Source: Fidelibacterota bacterium (GTDB taxonomy: Bacteria > Fidelibacterota > UBA2242 > B5-G15). From it: 64,000 bases of DNA. The notes beneath the pieces are model-generated. The model worked only from the letters and a program-made list of their open reading frames with translations. It was not told where the DNA came from and did not search any database. The translations under genes were made by a program, and so were the position numbers. Location of the stretch: positions 164,212 through 228,211 of the forward strand of contig JACDNV010000003.1 in the NCBI GenBank assembly GCA_017656425.1, written 5' to 3'. Below, piece by piece: positions 10,733 to 21,503 of the stretch (position 1 is the stretch's first letter; each line of letters opens with the position of its first letter).

Positions 10733-12784
10733 CTAAAAATCTTCTGAAATATCATCATCTTCTAAGCCAATTACTTTTTTATCTTTTATTTGTAATCCTT
10801 TTTCTTTTGCCAAATTTTCCGAATCTTTAATTTCTACCAAATCTAATTTACCTTCCACTGACTCTGTACCATCGCCACTCAGTGTAAAGGATTCAATCAT
10901 TGATGAAAGTTCCATTGCTTGAGAATTTAACTCTCCCGCTATACTTGCGGACTGTTCAGAGTTGGAAGCATTCTTTTGAGTAACTGCGTTCATCTGATTT
11001 ACGGAGATGTTCACCTGTTCAATACCTTCTGCCTGCTCCTTACTTGCAGCCGCTATCTCCTCAATTATCTGCAATACCTTATTAGCACTCTCCGCTATCC
11101 TATCAAATACCTCTATCGTCCTGTTTACCTTCTCTACACCCCTGTCTGCACTCCTACCTGAACCCTCTATCATTACTGCCGTATTCTTCGCCGCCTCCGC
11201 TGACCTCTGTGCTAAATTCCTTACCTCCTCTGCTACTACCGCAAACCCTTTCCCTGCTTCTCCTGCTCTCGCCGCCTCTACCGCCGCATTCAACGCTAAC
11301 AGATTCGTCTGAAACGCTATCTCATCTATCGTGTTCACTATCTTACTCGTCTCTACCGAACTCTCCTTTATCTGCTTTATCGCTTCCTCTAACTCCCTTA
11401 TTGCCTCTCTCCCCTCCTTTATTACCCTGTCTGACTCATTCATCATCACTCTCGCTTGACCTGTATTGTCTGCATTCTGCTTCACCATACTGCTCATCTC
11501 TTCCAAACTGCTCGATATCTCCTCAAGTGAACTCGCCTGCTCATTTGCACCCTCCGCCAAACTCTGACTGCCTGCAGCAATCTGCTTTGCAATCGAAACT
11601 ACTCTACCAACCGCTATTTTTACCTGCTTCAGAGTCTCCTCAAGGTTATCCAATGCTTTATTTACATTATTCTTGAATTCTGCAAGCTCACCTTTATATT
11701 CACCTTTAACCCGAACTCTCATCTCTTTTTCAGCAACCCCTTCAAAAACTTCCATAACTTCTTTCATTGGAGTTATCAAAGCGTCAAGAGTTCTATTAAT
11801 TCCTTCCACCAGACTTGCATATTCTCCTTTGAACTTTTCTGGATTACCTCTCCGACTTAAATCACCTTCTAATGCAGCATTATTGAGCGTTTTTATCTCA
11901 TCAATTACCCCTCTTAAGGAATCTATAGAAGAATTAATACCTCTTTTTAGTTCATCAAAATAGCCTTTGTATTCAATTCGAATCTCATCAGGCAATTCAC
12001 CATTACCAATCTGATTTATATAATCCCCTACAATTTCCAGTGGTTCAACAAGAGAATCTATCGTACTATTAACAACGACACCAATATCTTCAAAATCTAC
12101 TCCAAGCCCTTTTTTATCAATCCTTTCATCAATATTTCCATTTTTTATTTCCCTTCCAAGGGCTTTAATCCTATCAACTAATCTTTCAATGTTAGCTGTT
12201 ATAACATTCCCAAGTAAAATAGTAATCACAACCATGGAAATGCCCATCAAAATAGAAAAATTCAATAAGGTTTTTCTCATATTGGAGTGGGTTTCCTTTA
12301 ATCCCGAAATGCTTGTCCCTGTTATTAAACTATAATTTTTCCTAAAAATTTCAATATCTGACTTCCTTAATATAACATTAGGAGCAATAAGTACTCCAAC
12401 AGAATCAAAAGCATTTAAACTTATACTATCTGTAAATGTTGTATCTCTGTATAGAGCGAAAGATTCACCCTGCTCATTTCTTACTTCAAGGTATTTTATC
12501 TCTTCAGATGAACCCACTCTATTAAAAACATCCTGGATAGACTCATAATCACTGAATTCGAGATATGTTTCTATAGACTGAAGAAGCATTTTAGACATTG
12601 TTTCATTTTGCTTTAAAAATAAATCCAGACTAGCTTTATATGTGCTTTTGGGAACTATAACACCAAATAAAATGGAAGCTGCAATTCCTATCATTAATAT
12701 TACAATAACATATCTGCCTCTTATACTTATCCAGTACTTTAGTGTTAAAAACTGGGAGAAAAACTTTAATATCCTTTTAAACAT
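10733..12784 (-). CDS. Methyl-accepting chemotaxis protein with CHASE8-like sensor and poly-HAMP region
   Basis: Two TM helices flanking about 130 aa; HAMP repeats; [37 protein letters not shown] at 12784 has a better RBS than TTG at 12796. Confidence 0.95.
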   Translation of the reverse strand: MFKRILKFFSQFLTLKYWISIRGRYVIVILMIGIAASILFGVIVPKSTYKASLDLFLKQNETMSKMLLQSIETYLEFSDYESIQDVFNRVGSSEEIKYLEVRNEQGESFALYRDTTFTDSISLNAFDSVGVLIAPNVILRKSDIEIFRKNYSLITGTSISGLKETHSNMRKTLLNFSILMGISMVVITILLGNVITANIERLVDRIKALGREIKNGNIDERIDKKGLGVDFEDIGVVVNSTIDSLVEPLEIVGDYINQIGNGELPDEIRIEYKGYFDELKRGINSSIDSLRGVIDEIKTLNNAALEGDLSRRGNPEKFKGEYASLVEGINRTLDALITPMKEVMEVFEGVAEKEMRVRVKGEYKGELAEFKNNVNKALDNLEETLKQVKIAVGRVVSIAKQIAAGSQSLAEGANEQASSLEEISSSLEEMSSMVKQNADNTGQARVMMNESDRVIKEGREAIRELEEAIKQIKESSVETSKIVNTIDEIAFQTNLLALNAAVEAARAGEAGKGFAVVAEEVRNLAQRSAEAAKNTAVMIEGSGRSADRGVEKVNRTIEVFDRIAESANKVLQIIEEIAAASKEQAEGIEQVNISVNQMNAVTQKNASNSEQSASIAGELNSQAMELSSMIESFTLSGDGTESVEGKLDLVEIKDSENLAKEKGLQIKDKKVIGLEDDDISEDF
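11010..11576. repeat. 567-bp exact direct repeat, copy 1 (MCP signalling domain)
   Basis: Compared line by line with 13709-14275 (offset 2699); no mismatch seen. Confidence 0.95.
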
Positions 12785-12801
12785 TTTAACCCCCAAATCT
12801 A

Positions 12802-13365
12802 TTATTGAGTCTGCTTAGTAATTATATAATCAGGGCTCTCATTTATAGGAAAATTTAAAACCTGTCTTACCTGCTCATTTACAACAATTTCCACTGGTTC
12901 AGTATTTTTTATATAAATTAATGCTCCATTTTCAAGCCAGCCCTCTTGCATAACTATTAAAGGTATTTTTTTCAGTTTACTCATTTTGCATATATTTTTA
13001 ATAATAAAAGGATCTGACATGGCCTCTGAAGGCCAGACAAATATAGCATTACATTGTTTTTCATTTACAAGAACTGTGAAATCATTAAATATATCACCTG
13101 CAATCAATTTTGATTGGGTTACATAAATTCGCATGGACCTCGGTGGTGCCGTCTGCAATTGAGCAAGCCTGTTAATTACATTATCAGGTAAACCATCCGA
13201 TAATATTCCAAGAGTAATAATTACAAAATTTAATTGTTTAATAGTTTTTATAACTTTATCTACTGGTATATTCTTGTTTTGAGAATTAATTTGGTTAACT
13301 GTAAGAATAGTAAAAGCCAAAATACAAATGCTCAGATTTCTCAACCTCACATCTACCTCCCGCAT
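12802..13365 (-). CDS. Secreted YfiR/HmsC-like (periplasmic binding fold) protein
   Basis: Signal peptide; IPLIV...[10 protein letters not shown]...IVVN...LNFPI pattern resembles the C-terminus of YfiR and ABC_sub_bind families. Confidence 0.5.
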   Translation of the reverse strand: MREVDVRLRNLSICILAFTILTVNQINSQNKNIPVDKVIKTIKQLNFVIITLGILSDGLPDNVINRLAQLQTAPPRSMRIYVTQSKLIAGDIFNDFTVLVNEKQCNAIFVWPSEAMSDPFIIKNICKMSKLKKIPLIVMQEGWLENGALIYIKNTEPVEIVVNEQVRQVLNFPINESPDYIITKQTQ

Positions 13366-13389
13366 TTTTATTGTAATAATCCCAAATAA

Positions 13390-16017
13390 TTAAAAATCTT
13401 CCAGGTTCTCAAGATTATCATTAAAAGGGATTATCTCCTCTGGTTTTAGCTTCTTCTTCCCAACCATTTCCTCTTTCTTCTCTTCTATATCCATAATTTC
13501 TTTTTTTCTTGCTTTCTCTTTTACACCTTTTTCAATATTACTCTTTTTAATGACTTCCTTTTTTTCAAACCTTCCACTTAGTCTGAATGATCTTATCATT
13601 GTTGATAATTCCTGAGACTGAATATTTAACCTTCCTATAATATTTGCCACTTCTTCTGATTTCGACGCATTTCTCTGAGTCACTGTATTCATCTGGCTAA
13701 CAGCTACATTCACCTGTTCAATACCTTCTGCCTGCTCCTTACTTGCAGCCGCTATCTCCTCAATTATCTGCAATACCTTATTAGCACTCTCCGCTATCCT
13801 ATCAAATACCTCTATCGTCCTGTTTACCTTCTCTACACCCCTGTCTGCACTCCTACCTGAACCCTCTATCATTACTGCCGTATTCTTCGCCGCCTCCGCT
13901 GACCTCTGTGCTAAATTCCTTACCTCCTCTGCTACTACCGCAAACCCTTTCCCTGCTTCTCCTGCTCTCGCCGCCTCTACCGCCGCATTCAACGCTAACA
14001 GATTCGTCTGAAACGCTATCTCATCTATCGTGTTCACTATCTTACTCGTCTCTACCGAACTCTCCTTTATCTGCTTTATCGCTTCCTCTAACTCCCTTAT
14101 TGCCTCTCTCCCCTCCTTTATTACCCTGTCTGACTCATTCATCATCACTCTCGCTTGACCTGTATTGTCTGCATTCTGCTTCACCATACTGCTCATCTCT
14201 TCCAAACTGCTCGATATCTCCTCAAGTGAACTCGCCTGCTCATTTGCACCCTCCGCCAAACTCTGACTGCCTGCATAAACCTGATTTGTCGCTGACAGTA
14301 CCTCACTGGTAACAGCTGAAACACTTGACAAAGCATCCTCCAAGGAATCCAGAGTTTTATTTATATCGTTTTTTAACTCATCAAATTTACCCATATATTC
14401 TCCTTTAATACGATGTGTAAAATCCTTTTTAGCTGCGCTATTCATAACCTCAGAAATTTCTTCTATGGGTGTTTTTATACTGCCAACAAGTCTGTTGAGA
14501 CCCTCAACAAGGCTTATATATTTCCCTTCAAATTTACTCTCATCTATTTTTACATCAAGATTACCACTACTAATCTCTTCAATCATATTGTTCAGATTCT
14601 CCGTGACATCTAATAAAACCTGCTTCATCCTTGACAATGCTCTTCCAATAGTATCCTTATCTGATCTTATATTAACTTCTACACTTAAATCTCCGTGAGA
14701 AATACTACGAATTTTTTCAGCCTGATCTCTAAGAGATGAAATTAAAGACCTTAAACTATCAGCTAATAAACCAATTTCATCATCAGCCTGGTAATCCACT
14801 TCTTGATCCAGATCCCCCATTGATATAGCTTTCAATGTCCTATTAAAATATTCAATGGGCTTTAATACTTTTGTCTTGTATCTTCTAGACATAGTTACCG
14901 CTGTTGCAAAAAATACAAAGGTTATAATGACTATAATCCCTAGTGTTACCCATTTAACAAAGCTGACACCACCACTGGCAGAGATAAAATCACGTTCAAA
15001 AGCATTTGCAACAATTACCCAGTCCCATGGTTCAAAATATTTTATGCCGGCTAAATATCTCTCGGAAGATTTTTGTTCACCAAGCGAATAATCAATGAAT
15101 AATATATCATTTTTCTTATCAATCGATTCAGTGATCATTTTCTGAATAATATACCTGTCCTTATTGTCTTTCATACTCCACAGGATTTTGCCAGTTTCAA
15201 ATGAGCCACCAGAAATTAAACATCTACCCCTATCGATCCCTTTCCCCTTTATTATGGATATATATCCATTCTTTCCAACATTTGTACTTTTAATCAGCTC
15301 TACCAAATCTGTCAAATCATATCCTTTAGTAATAGAAATCATACCAATTACAGAACCTTCATTTGTTGATAGTGGCATATAAGCATCTATTAACATGGTT
15401 TTATTATTTATTCTATAGGTATAATAATTTTCACCTTTCAGAATATTAGTAATTATTGGATTTGCTATTCCTGATTGGCTCTTGTTCGGGATCAACACCC
15501 CAAGATTCTTCAGATCTTCATTATTATTTGTAGCAACCTTAATCATATTTCCATCTATATCTATTCTTTGGTAAAAAGCAACTTCTCCATCTGTGTCAGA
15601 AAGTCTCGCAAACAAAGGGTTAATCGTACTTAAGTTATTAATACTATTCAAAACTATTTCAGAAACTTTTATCTCGGGTAAGTTGACATCACGTACCACC
15701 TTACCACTATAGTCTTTCAAACCCCAAGTATGTTGTACAGAAGAATTAACATCCAATTCTTCTAAATTCAGTAAAATTTTTATCTTATCAAGGTCTCTAT
15801 CTGCATTGTTCCTAATAGATTCTTCTCTATCTTCAATTAATTTATACACAAGGTTAGCGACTTGTTCTATATTTAATTTCATTAAGGATTTATTTTGTAC
15901 AATATTAAACACATCACCTTTTTGATTTATTAAACTAAGTATCAATACAAAAATTACAACAGACATGAGTACAAATAAGGTTATATAAATCCATCTGTTT
16001 TGCAATGAAAGCTTCAT
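13390..16017 (-). CDS. Methyl-accepting chemotaxis protein with Cache_3-Cache_2-like sensor
   Basis: TM, large periplasmic region (FYQRI...[26 protein letters not shown]), TM, HAMPs, MCP signalling motif. Confidence 0.95.
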   Translation of the reverse strand: MKLSLQNRWIYITLFVLMSVVIFVLILSLINQKGDVFNIVQNKSLMKLNIEQVANLVYKLIEDREESIRNNADRDLDKIKILLNLEELDVNSSVQHTWGLKDYSGKVVRDVNLPEIKVSEIVLNSINNLSTINPLFARLSDTDGEVAFYQRIDIDGNMIKVATNNNEDLKNLGVLIPNKSQSGIANPIITNILKGENYYTYRINNKTMLIDAYMPLSTNEGSVIGMISITKGYDLTDLVELIKSTNVGKNGYISIIKGKGIDRGRCLISGGSFETGKILWSMKDNKDRYIIQKMITESIDKKNDILFIDYSLGEQKSSERYLAGIKYFEPWDWVIVANAFERDFISASGGVSFVKWVTLGIIVIITFVFFATAVTMSRRYKTKVLKPIEYFNRTLKAISMGDLDQEVDYQADDEIGLLADSLRSLISSLRDQAEKIRSISHGDLSVEVNIRSDKDTIGRALSRMKQVLLDVTENLNNMIEEISSGNLDVKIDESKFEGKYISLVEGLNRLVGSIKTPIEEISEVMNSAAKKDFTHRIKGEYMGKFDELKNDINKTLDSLEDALSSVSAVTSEVLSATNQVYAGSQSLAEGANEQASSLEEISSSLEEMSSMVKQNADNTGQARVMMNESDRVIKEGREAIRELEEAIKQIKESSVETSKIVNTIDEIAFQTNLLALNAAVEAARAGEAGKGFAVVAEEVRNLAQRSAEAAKNTAVMIEGSGRSADRGVEKVNRTIEVFDRIAESANKVLQIIEEIAAASKEQAEGIEQVNVAVSQMNTVTQRNASKSEEVANIIGRLNIQSQELSTMIRSFRLSGRFEKKEVIKKSNIEKGVKEKARKKEIMDIEEKKEEMVGKKKLKPEEIIPFNDNLENLEDF
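13709..14275. repeat. 567-bp exact direct repeat, copy 2 (MCP signalling domain)
   Basis: Identical to 11010-11576. Confidence 0.95.
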
Positions 16018-16121
16018 ACGTAACTGTCCCCCAAGTTTGGAAATTTAAAATAATTCTTAAAGTATTTATAATAAACATTTATTTTGAGCTTAACATATAC
16101 AATCATCATTTTAATAGACTA

Positions 16122-16712
16122 TTACTTCTTCTTCTTTTTAGCAGACTTCCCTTTTTCAGCCTTCTCCGCCCCCGTCTCCAGCTTATCTTTAATGTCCGCA
16201 ATCTTGGTAACCTCATCTGTACTCAAAATTTTGTCAATATTCAATAGTATCTTGATACCATCTTTCGCCTTTGCCATTCCCAATATGAAACTGGTATCTA
16301 TTTCAGCTCCAAAGGAAGGGGCATCCTCTATATCATTTGCCTCAATATCAAGAACCTCAGAAACATTATCAACGAGTAATCCAGCCTGTACAAGGGTATC
16401 ATTTCTATATACGTCGACCACAATTATACAAGTATCCTCGGTAATCTCAGCCTCCTCCAGTCCAAATTTTTTCCTTAAGTCAACAATTGGAATAATCTTT
16501 CCACGAAGATTTATAACCCCCCTTACAAAATCGGGAGTCCTTGGTACATAGGTTATATCCATTACTCCAATTATTTCTCTAACCTTTAGTATTTCAATCC
16601 CATACTCTTCATTGCTAAGTTTAAAAGTCAAATATTTCCCCGCCCTGCTTTTGTTTCTTTCGTTTTTTGTATTTTTTACTTCTAACTCTTCATTTTCAAC
16701 ATTAATGGGCAT
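16122..16712 (-). CDS. cheW: Chemotaxis coupling protein CheW
   Basis: KYLTFKL, EEYGIEILKVREI, GVINLRGKIIPIVDLR, GLLVDNVSEV. Confidence 0.97.
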   Translation of the reverse strand: MPINVENEELEVKNTKNERNKSRAGKYLTFKLSNEEYGIEILKVREIIGVMDITYVPRTPDFVRGVINLRGKIIPIVDLRKKFGLEEAEITEDTCIIVVDVYRNDTLVQAGLLVDNVSEVLDIEANDIEDAPSFGAEIDTSFILGMAKAKDGIKILLNIDKILSTDEVTKIADIKDKLETGAEKAEKGKSAKKKKK

Positions 16713-16714
16713 AA

Positions 16715-19363
16715 TTACCTCCCAATCACCTTTTCAATTACATTTGACTCTCTCGATAATCTTATAAGTCCTGCAACATCAATTATAAGCCCAACTCGAC
16801 CATCTGGCATAATAGCACCACCAGAAATGCCAGGGACTTTTTTTAACAAAGTACCAAGCGGTTTTATCACTACCTGTTGCTGACCAATTAAATCATCAGC
16901 AAGAATGCCAACTTTTATATTCTCTGATTCGACTACAACAACAAGAGCATTGTAGGGGTCTTCCTTGGCATTTTCAATATCAAAGAGCTTATAAAGCCTG
17001 ATAAGAGGTAAAAGCTCTCCATGAAAAGAGATAATCTCGCCTTTTTTCATTAATGTACTTATATCATTATTTCTTGGACGAAAAGTAGTAACAACCGAAA
17101 GTGTCGGTATGATATACCGCTCACTTCCAACTTTAATTACCATTCCATCAATAATCGCTAGTGTAAGGGGTAAAATTAACCGAAAAGTCGTACCTTCACC
17201 AGACTTAGTATAAACATCAATCCTGCCTCTTATTGACTCAATATTTCTCTTAACCACGTCCAGACCTACACCCCTTCCAGATACGTCTGTTACAACATCA
17301 GCAGTAGAAAAACCTGGGGAAAAGATCAAATTCCATACTTCATTATCGGATAATTCTTTATCTTCCTTAACAAGTCCCCTTTCAATAGCTTTTCTTAATA
17401 TTTTGTCTCTATCAAGTCCCTTACCATCATCTGAAACTTCTATTATGATATTGCCACCTCTGTGGTAAGCTCTGAGTTCAATTTTTCCATACTCTGGTTT
17501 GCCCCTTTTTATACGTTCCTCAGGATTATCTTCTATACCGTGATCAATTGAATTTCTTATCATATGAACAAGAGGGTCACCAATTTTGTCAACAACCGAT
17601 TTATCAAGTTCTGTGTCCTCACCATAGGTTACAAATTCAATCTTCTTCCCCGCTTTCTTGGATAAATCACGTACCAATCTTGCCATTTTTTGAAAAGTAG
17701 ATTTTATCGGGATCATTCTTAATGAAGTACCGAGCTCCTGTAATTCCCGTGTGATTTTATCAAGTTGCGAAACATATTTTGCAAGCCTTGGTGATTCAAT
17801 ACTTTTTACTTCAGGTGCTTGAGTAACCATTGATTCAGCAATAACCAACTCACCTATTGTATCTACTAACCTATCAAGTCTATCAGCATCGATTTTTATA
17901 ATCTCTTTCAGCTTTACTTTTTGTACCTCAACATCAGCTTTTTCCACTTCAGGGCTGACATCAGGTGCTATATGTTGATCATCTTTGCTTTTTTCATCCT
18001 GGGCCGGCTCTTCAACGACAGTGGCAGTCTCTTCATCCCTATCCTTAGGCTGTTCTTCTTTAACTTTCTTTTGTCCCAAAACTGGTTTCTTTTCTTCTAC
18101 CCTTTCCTCCACTTCTATAATACCTTCATCAACAAGCCTGATTAAATTTTCTATATCTTTTATAAGTTGATAGAATTCTCGCCCTTGAGGCTTAACTACT
18201 CCTGTTTTTGTAACCTCTTCAAGATCCTTTATCATTTCTTTCAACTTATCGACAGCTCTAAAAACCAAATCAATATTTTCCCCTTCCAATACTACTTTAC
18301 CGTTTCTGGCTTTATCCAGAAGATTCTCAGCTCTATGGGACAACTCTTGTATTTCTTTTAACCCGATAAAGCCTGCAACTCCTTTAATTGTATGAAAAGA
18401 TCGAAATACAGCATTTAATGCTTCAGCGTTCGAAGGGTCATTCTCAATTGTCAAAAGATTCAAATCAGCATTTTCAATATGCTCATTTGCTTCGTTAATA
18501 AAATCAGGTAACAACTCTACATCTACACTGTAAGGCTCTACGACTTCGAATTCTTCCTCTGGTTCTTCCTCTGGTTCTTCAATCAGTATCGGTTCCGATT
18601 TTTCCTCATTTACAATTTCTTCCTTTTTTCTCTTTTCCTTCTTCCTTTTTTTCTTCTTTTTCACCTTCCTTTCTTTTTTATCTCCAGGTTCCAATAAACC
18701 TATTATCTCTTTGACATGAGTGTAAGCATCTCTCTGCCCTGAATAATATTCAACAACCTCTTCACACCAGTCTTTGACCCTATATAAAATATCAACATCA
18801 ATATCTTCATTATCCGATAAAAAATCCTCCAGTGCATGACAGACTTTATTCAGATCATCTACTCCTACAAGCCCCGATTCACCTTTTATTGTATGAATTA
18901 TTCTCTTTAATTGATTTAGATCTTCCTGTTTACCAGTATTTTCATAATCAAGAATTAAATTTTCGATTTCCTGAAGATTACCTTCAAGAGATGTGATAAA
19001 CTCCTCAAATATGCTTTTATCAACCACTTCATTATATTCGAATACTTCTTTCCTTTTATTTTTACCTCTTTCACTATCACGAACAATTGAATTTATAAGA
19101 GTTTGCAGATCTGAAAATCTTTTTGAGACTTCATTAAAAACCTCTGCAGGACTATCTGTTTCCCCAACTATTATCTTCTCAATAGTAGCTTTAAGCCACT
19201 CAACATGATCATTAATTTGTTTATTTTTTAAATCAGAGCTCAGTTTTTCAACCTTATCCAGATCATTTAAAATTTCACCAAGAACAGGCAGATCTGAAAC
19301 ATCGGTAAGAACAATTTTTTCTCCAAGCCTTTCCAATAGGCTAACTAAATCATTTTTACTCAT
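16715..19363 (-). CDS. cheA: Chemotaxis histidine kinase CheA with two Hpt domains
   Basis: IIHTIKG and SFHTIKG; LVDTIGELVI; HMIRNSIDHGIE, DDGKG, GFST, SGRGVGLDVV; C-terminal CheW-like domain. Confidence 0.97.
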   Translation of the reverse strand: MSKNDLVSLLERLGEKIVLTDVSDLPVLGEILNDLDKVEKLSSDLKNKQINDHVEWLKATIEKIIVGETDSPAEVFNEVSKRFSDLQTLINSIVRDSERGKNKRKEVFEYNEVVDKSIFEEFITSLEGNLQEIENLILDYENTGKQEDLNQLKRIIHTIKGESGLVGVDDLNKVCHALEDFLSDNEDIDVDILYRVKDWCEEVVEYYSGQRDAYTHVKEIIGLLEPGDKKERKVKKKKKRKKEKRKKEEIVNEEKSEPILIEEPEEEPEEEFEVVEPYSVDVELLPDFINEANEHIENADLNLLTIENDPSNAEALNAVFRSFHTIKGVAGFIGLKEIQELSHRAENLLDKARNGKVVLEGENIDLVFRAVDKLKEMIKDLEEVTKTGVVKPQGREFYQLIKDIENLIRLVDEGIIEVEERVEEKKPVLGQKKVKEEQPKDRDEETATVVEEPAQDEKSKDDQHIAPDVSPEVEKADVEVQKVKLKEIIKIDADRLDRLVDTIGELVIAESMVTQAPEVKSIESPRLAKYVSQLDKITRELQELGTSLRMIPIKSTFQKMARLVRDLSKKAGKKIEFVTYGEDTELDKSVVDKIGDPLVHMIRNSIDHGIEDNPEERIKRGKPEYGKIELRAYHRGGNIIIEVSDDGKGLDRDKILRKAIERGLVKEDKELSDNEVWNLIFSPGFSTADVVTDVSGRGVGLDVVKRNIESIRGRIDVYTKSGEGTTFRLILPLTLAIIDGMVIKVGSERYIIPTLSVVTTFRPRNNDISTLMKKGEIISFHGELLPLIRLYKLFDIENAKEDPYNALVVVVESENIKVGILADDLIGQQQVVIKPLGTLLKKVPGISGGAIMPDGRVGLIIDVAGLIRLSRESNVIEKVIGR

Positions 19364-19428
19364 TTCACATACCTGAAAAATCTCCCCAAAAATACAATTT
19401 TAGGATGTAAAAAAGCCATTAATTTTTT

Positions 19429-19445
19429 GTCAAAATCTATGCCTT
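19429..19445 (-). promoter_or_regulatory. Putative sigma54 (-24/-12) promoter for the che operon, variant -12
   Basis: Minus strand AAGGCATAGATTTTGAC = GG-N10-GA, about 65 nt upstream of the cheA ATG. Confidence 0.55.
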
Positions 19446-19499
19446 AAACAAAGTCAGACGTATCAATTCCATTGAATCACAATAATTTTTAAAAGAGGT

Positions 19500-19533
19500 G
19501 GAAATTTTTACCGAACTACAGGAAAGGAATTCC
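19500..19533. promoter_or_regulatory. Putative tandem upstream activator sites (GG-N9-CC x2)
   Basis: GGAAATTTTTACC (19500) and GGAAAGGAATTCC (19521), 21 bp apart, at about -82 to -115 of the sigma54-like promoter. Confidence 0.4.
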
Positions 19534-19632
19534 CTTTTTTTTAATCTTAACTTTTTATTTTTACTTTTAGTTAATTAAATTAAAATTGTAATTTACACTT
19601 ATGTATAACTTTTTTAAAATAAAAATAAAAGA

Positions 19633-21489
19633 ATGAAAGCAAAAAGTAAAGAAGAAGCAGTATTAATAACGGATCATAATTATGAAATAATCGGATGGGA
19701 TAAATACGCAAAGCAACTGTATGGTTATTCTGAAGACGAGATTATTGGTAATAAAATTTTCAAAATAATTCCAACAGAATACCAAAAGACCTTTTTAAAT
19801 ATTCTTAAAAATGCCTATTATAGCGAAGTGACAGATGAAGTCGAAGGACTTCGAGTAAACAAAAAAGGTGAAATATTTTATGTAAACTCTCTGATAAAAC
19901 CATTGAAAGATGAAGAAACCGGGGAAATTACTTTTGCGATTTACGAAACCGATGTTACAAATAGAGTCAATGCACGAACGAAAATATTAGAGAGTGAAGA
20001 AAAATACCGCAAACTGATAGAAAATTTATGCGACGGCATATTACTGCTTGACAATAAATTTAACATAGCTCTTGCAAATCCTGCATTTCAAGAGCTAATG
20101 GAAATAAAATCTTTGAATTTACACAATGTTCCCTTAGAAAATATTATTGAGAAAGAAGTTTTTAAAAAGATAGTTGATTATGCAAAAGAGTTAAATAAAA
20201 AAAACGTGGTAAGATTCGAAACTAACCTAAGGATAGGTAATAATATTAAAACTGTAGATATAACAATAATACCGGTTAAATCGATAAAAAACCAATTAAT
20301 AACTGGTTTCATACTTATATTCAGAGACATTACGTCAAACAAAAAAGTCGAAGAGGAATTAATAAAAGCCGCAAGGTTGGAAACAACCGAGAAAATCGCT
20401 GGGGGTATTGCCCATGATTTTAACAATATTTTAACGATAATACTTGGTAACATTTCATTATTGAAAATTTCATCAGATGTAACAGATAAGATACTAAAAA
20501 GAATTGAAAAAATAGAAAAAGCATCTCTACGGGCACGTGAATTAACTCAAAAACTGATGACTTTCACAAGGAGTGGCGAACCAATTAAAAAGATTACATC
20601 TGTTAAAAAAGCTATAATTGAGAGTGTAAGCCTCACTTCAGCAGGAACAAGCATCACGATAGATGTAGATATTCAAAAAGACTTATGGGGAGCAGAAATT
20701 GACGAAGAACAAATCATTTATGTATTAAACAATCTACTAGTAAATGCCCAGCAAGCTATGATGTCTGGAGGCAAGGTTCTCGTAAAAGCAGAAAATTTTC
20801 TTTTAAAAGAAAAAAATGATAAACTATTTGAATTACAACCAGGCAAATATATAAAAATCACTGTAAAAGATAATGGCCCAGGTATCCCCTCGGACATCTT
20901 AGACCACATATTTGAACCTTATTTTACGACAAAGGACAAAAAACATGGACTTGGACTCAGTACTTCCTACATAATAGTAAAAAGACACAATGGCACAATT
21001 AAAGTTGAATCTGAACATGGCAAAGGTACAGCATTTTACATATACTTGCCATCAATAGGAAAATATATAGAATCCGAGGAAGAAAAACCAGACCACTTTT
21101 ATAAAGGAGAGGGTAAAATTTTAATCATGGATGATGAAGAAGAAATAAGAGAAATGGCTGGAATTATGCTTCAGAACATAGGTTATAAAGTTGATTTTGC
21201 CGCCGATGGTGAGGAGGCAATAAGAAAATACAAAAAACAGATGATGTTGGAGAAAAAGTTTGATGCAGTTATACTTGATCTTACTGTACCGGGCGGTATG
21301 GGTGGAAAAGAAACAATAACCGAATTGTTAAAAATAGACCCTGATGTGAAAGCAATAGTATCAAGTGGCTATTCGAATGATCCCATTATGACGAAATACA
21401 AGCAACATGGATTTTCTGGCGTTGTTAGAAAGCCCTACAGACCACTTGAGCTAGGTAAAGTCATAAAAAAAATAATAAGTAAAAAATAG
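19633..21489 (+). CDS. Cytoplasmic hybrid histidine kinase (2 PAS-HisKA-HATPase-REC)
   Basis: GGIAHDFNNIL, NLLVNAQQAM, DNGPG, FEPYFTTK, GLGLS; REC with ILDLTVPGG. Confidence 0.93.
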   Translation: MKAKSKEEAVLITDHNYEIIGWDKYAKQLYGYSEDEIIGNKIFKIIPTEYQKTFLNILKNAYYSEVTDEVEGLRVNKKGEIFYVNSLIKPLKDEETGEITFAIYETDVTNRVNARTKILESEEKYRKLIENLCDGILLLDNKFNIALANPAFQELMEIKSLNLHNVPLENIIEKEVFKKIVDYAKELNKKNVVRFETNLRIGNNIKTVDITIIPVKSIKNQLITGFILIFRDITSNKKVEEELIKAARLETTEKIAGGIAHDFNNILTIILGNISLLKISSDVTDKILKRIEKIEKASLRARELTQKLMTFTRSGEPIKKITSVKKAIIESVSLTSAGTSITIDVDIQKDLWGAEIDEEQIIYVLNNLLVNAQQAMMSGGKVLVKAENFLLKEKNDKLFELQPGKYIKITVKDNGPGIPSDILDHIFEPYFTTKDKKHGLGLSTSYIIVKRHNGTIKVESEHGKGTAFYIYLPSIGKYIESEEEKPDHFYKGEGKILIMDDEEEIREMAGIMLQNIGYKVDFAADGEEAIRKYKKQMMLEKKFDAVILDLTVPGGMGGKETITELLKIDPDVKAIVSSGYSNDPIMTKYKQHGFSGVVRKPYRPLELGKVIKKIISKK

Positions 21490-21503
21490 TTATAGGAGAT
21501 ATT

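Noticed and set aside
11010..14275. Repeat pair as a diversity-generating retroelement TR/VR
   Set aside because: Copies are identical with no adenine-specific differences, both are in-frame coding, and no reverse transcriptase is in the window.
10976..14312. Plus-strand Leu/Ser/Pro-rich ORFs (11007-11312, 11209-11676, 13908-14312)
   Set aside because: Antisense shadows of the purine-biased MCP repeat; no RBS or protein-like composition.
16084..16551. 155-aa plus-strand ORF and other short ORFs opposite known genes
   Set aside because: Lie antisense to well-supported genes such as cheW; treated as spurious.
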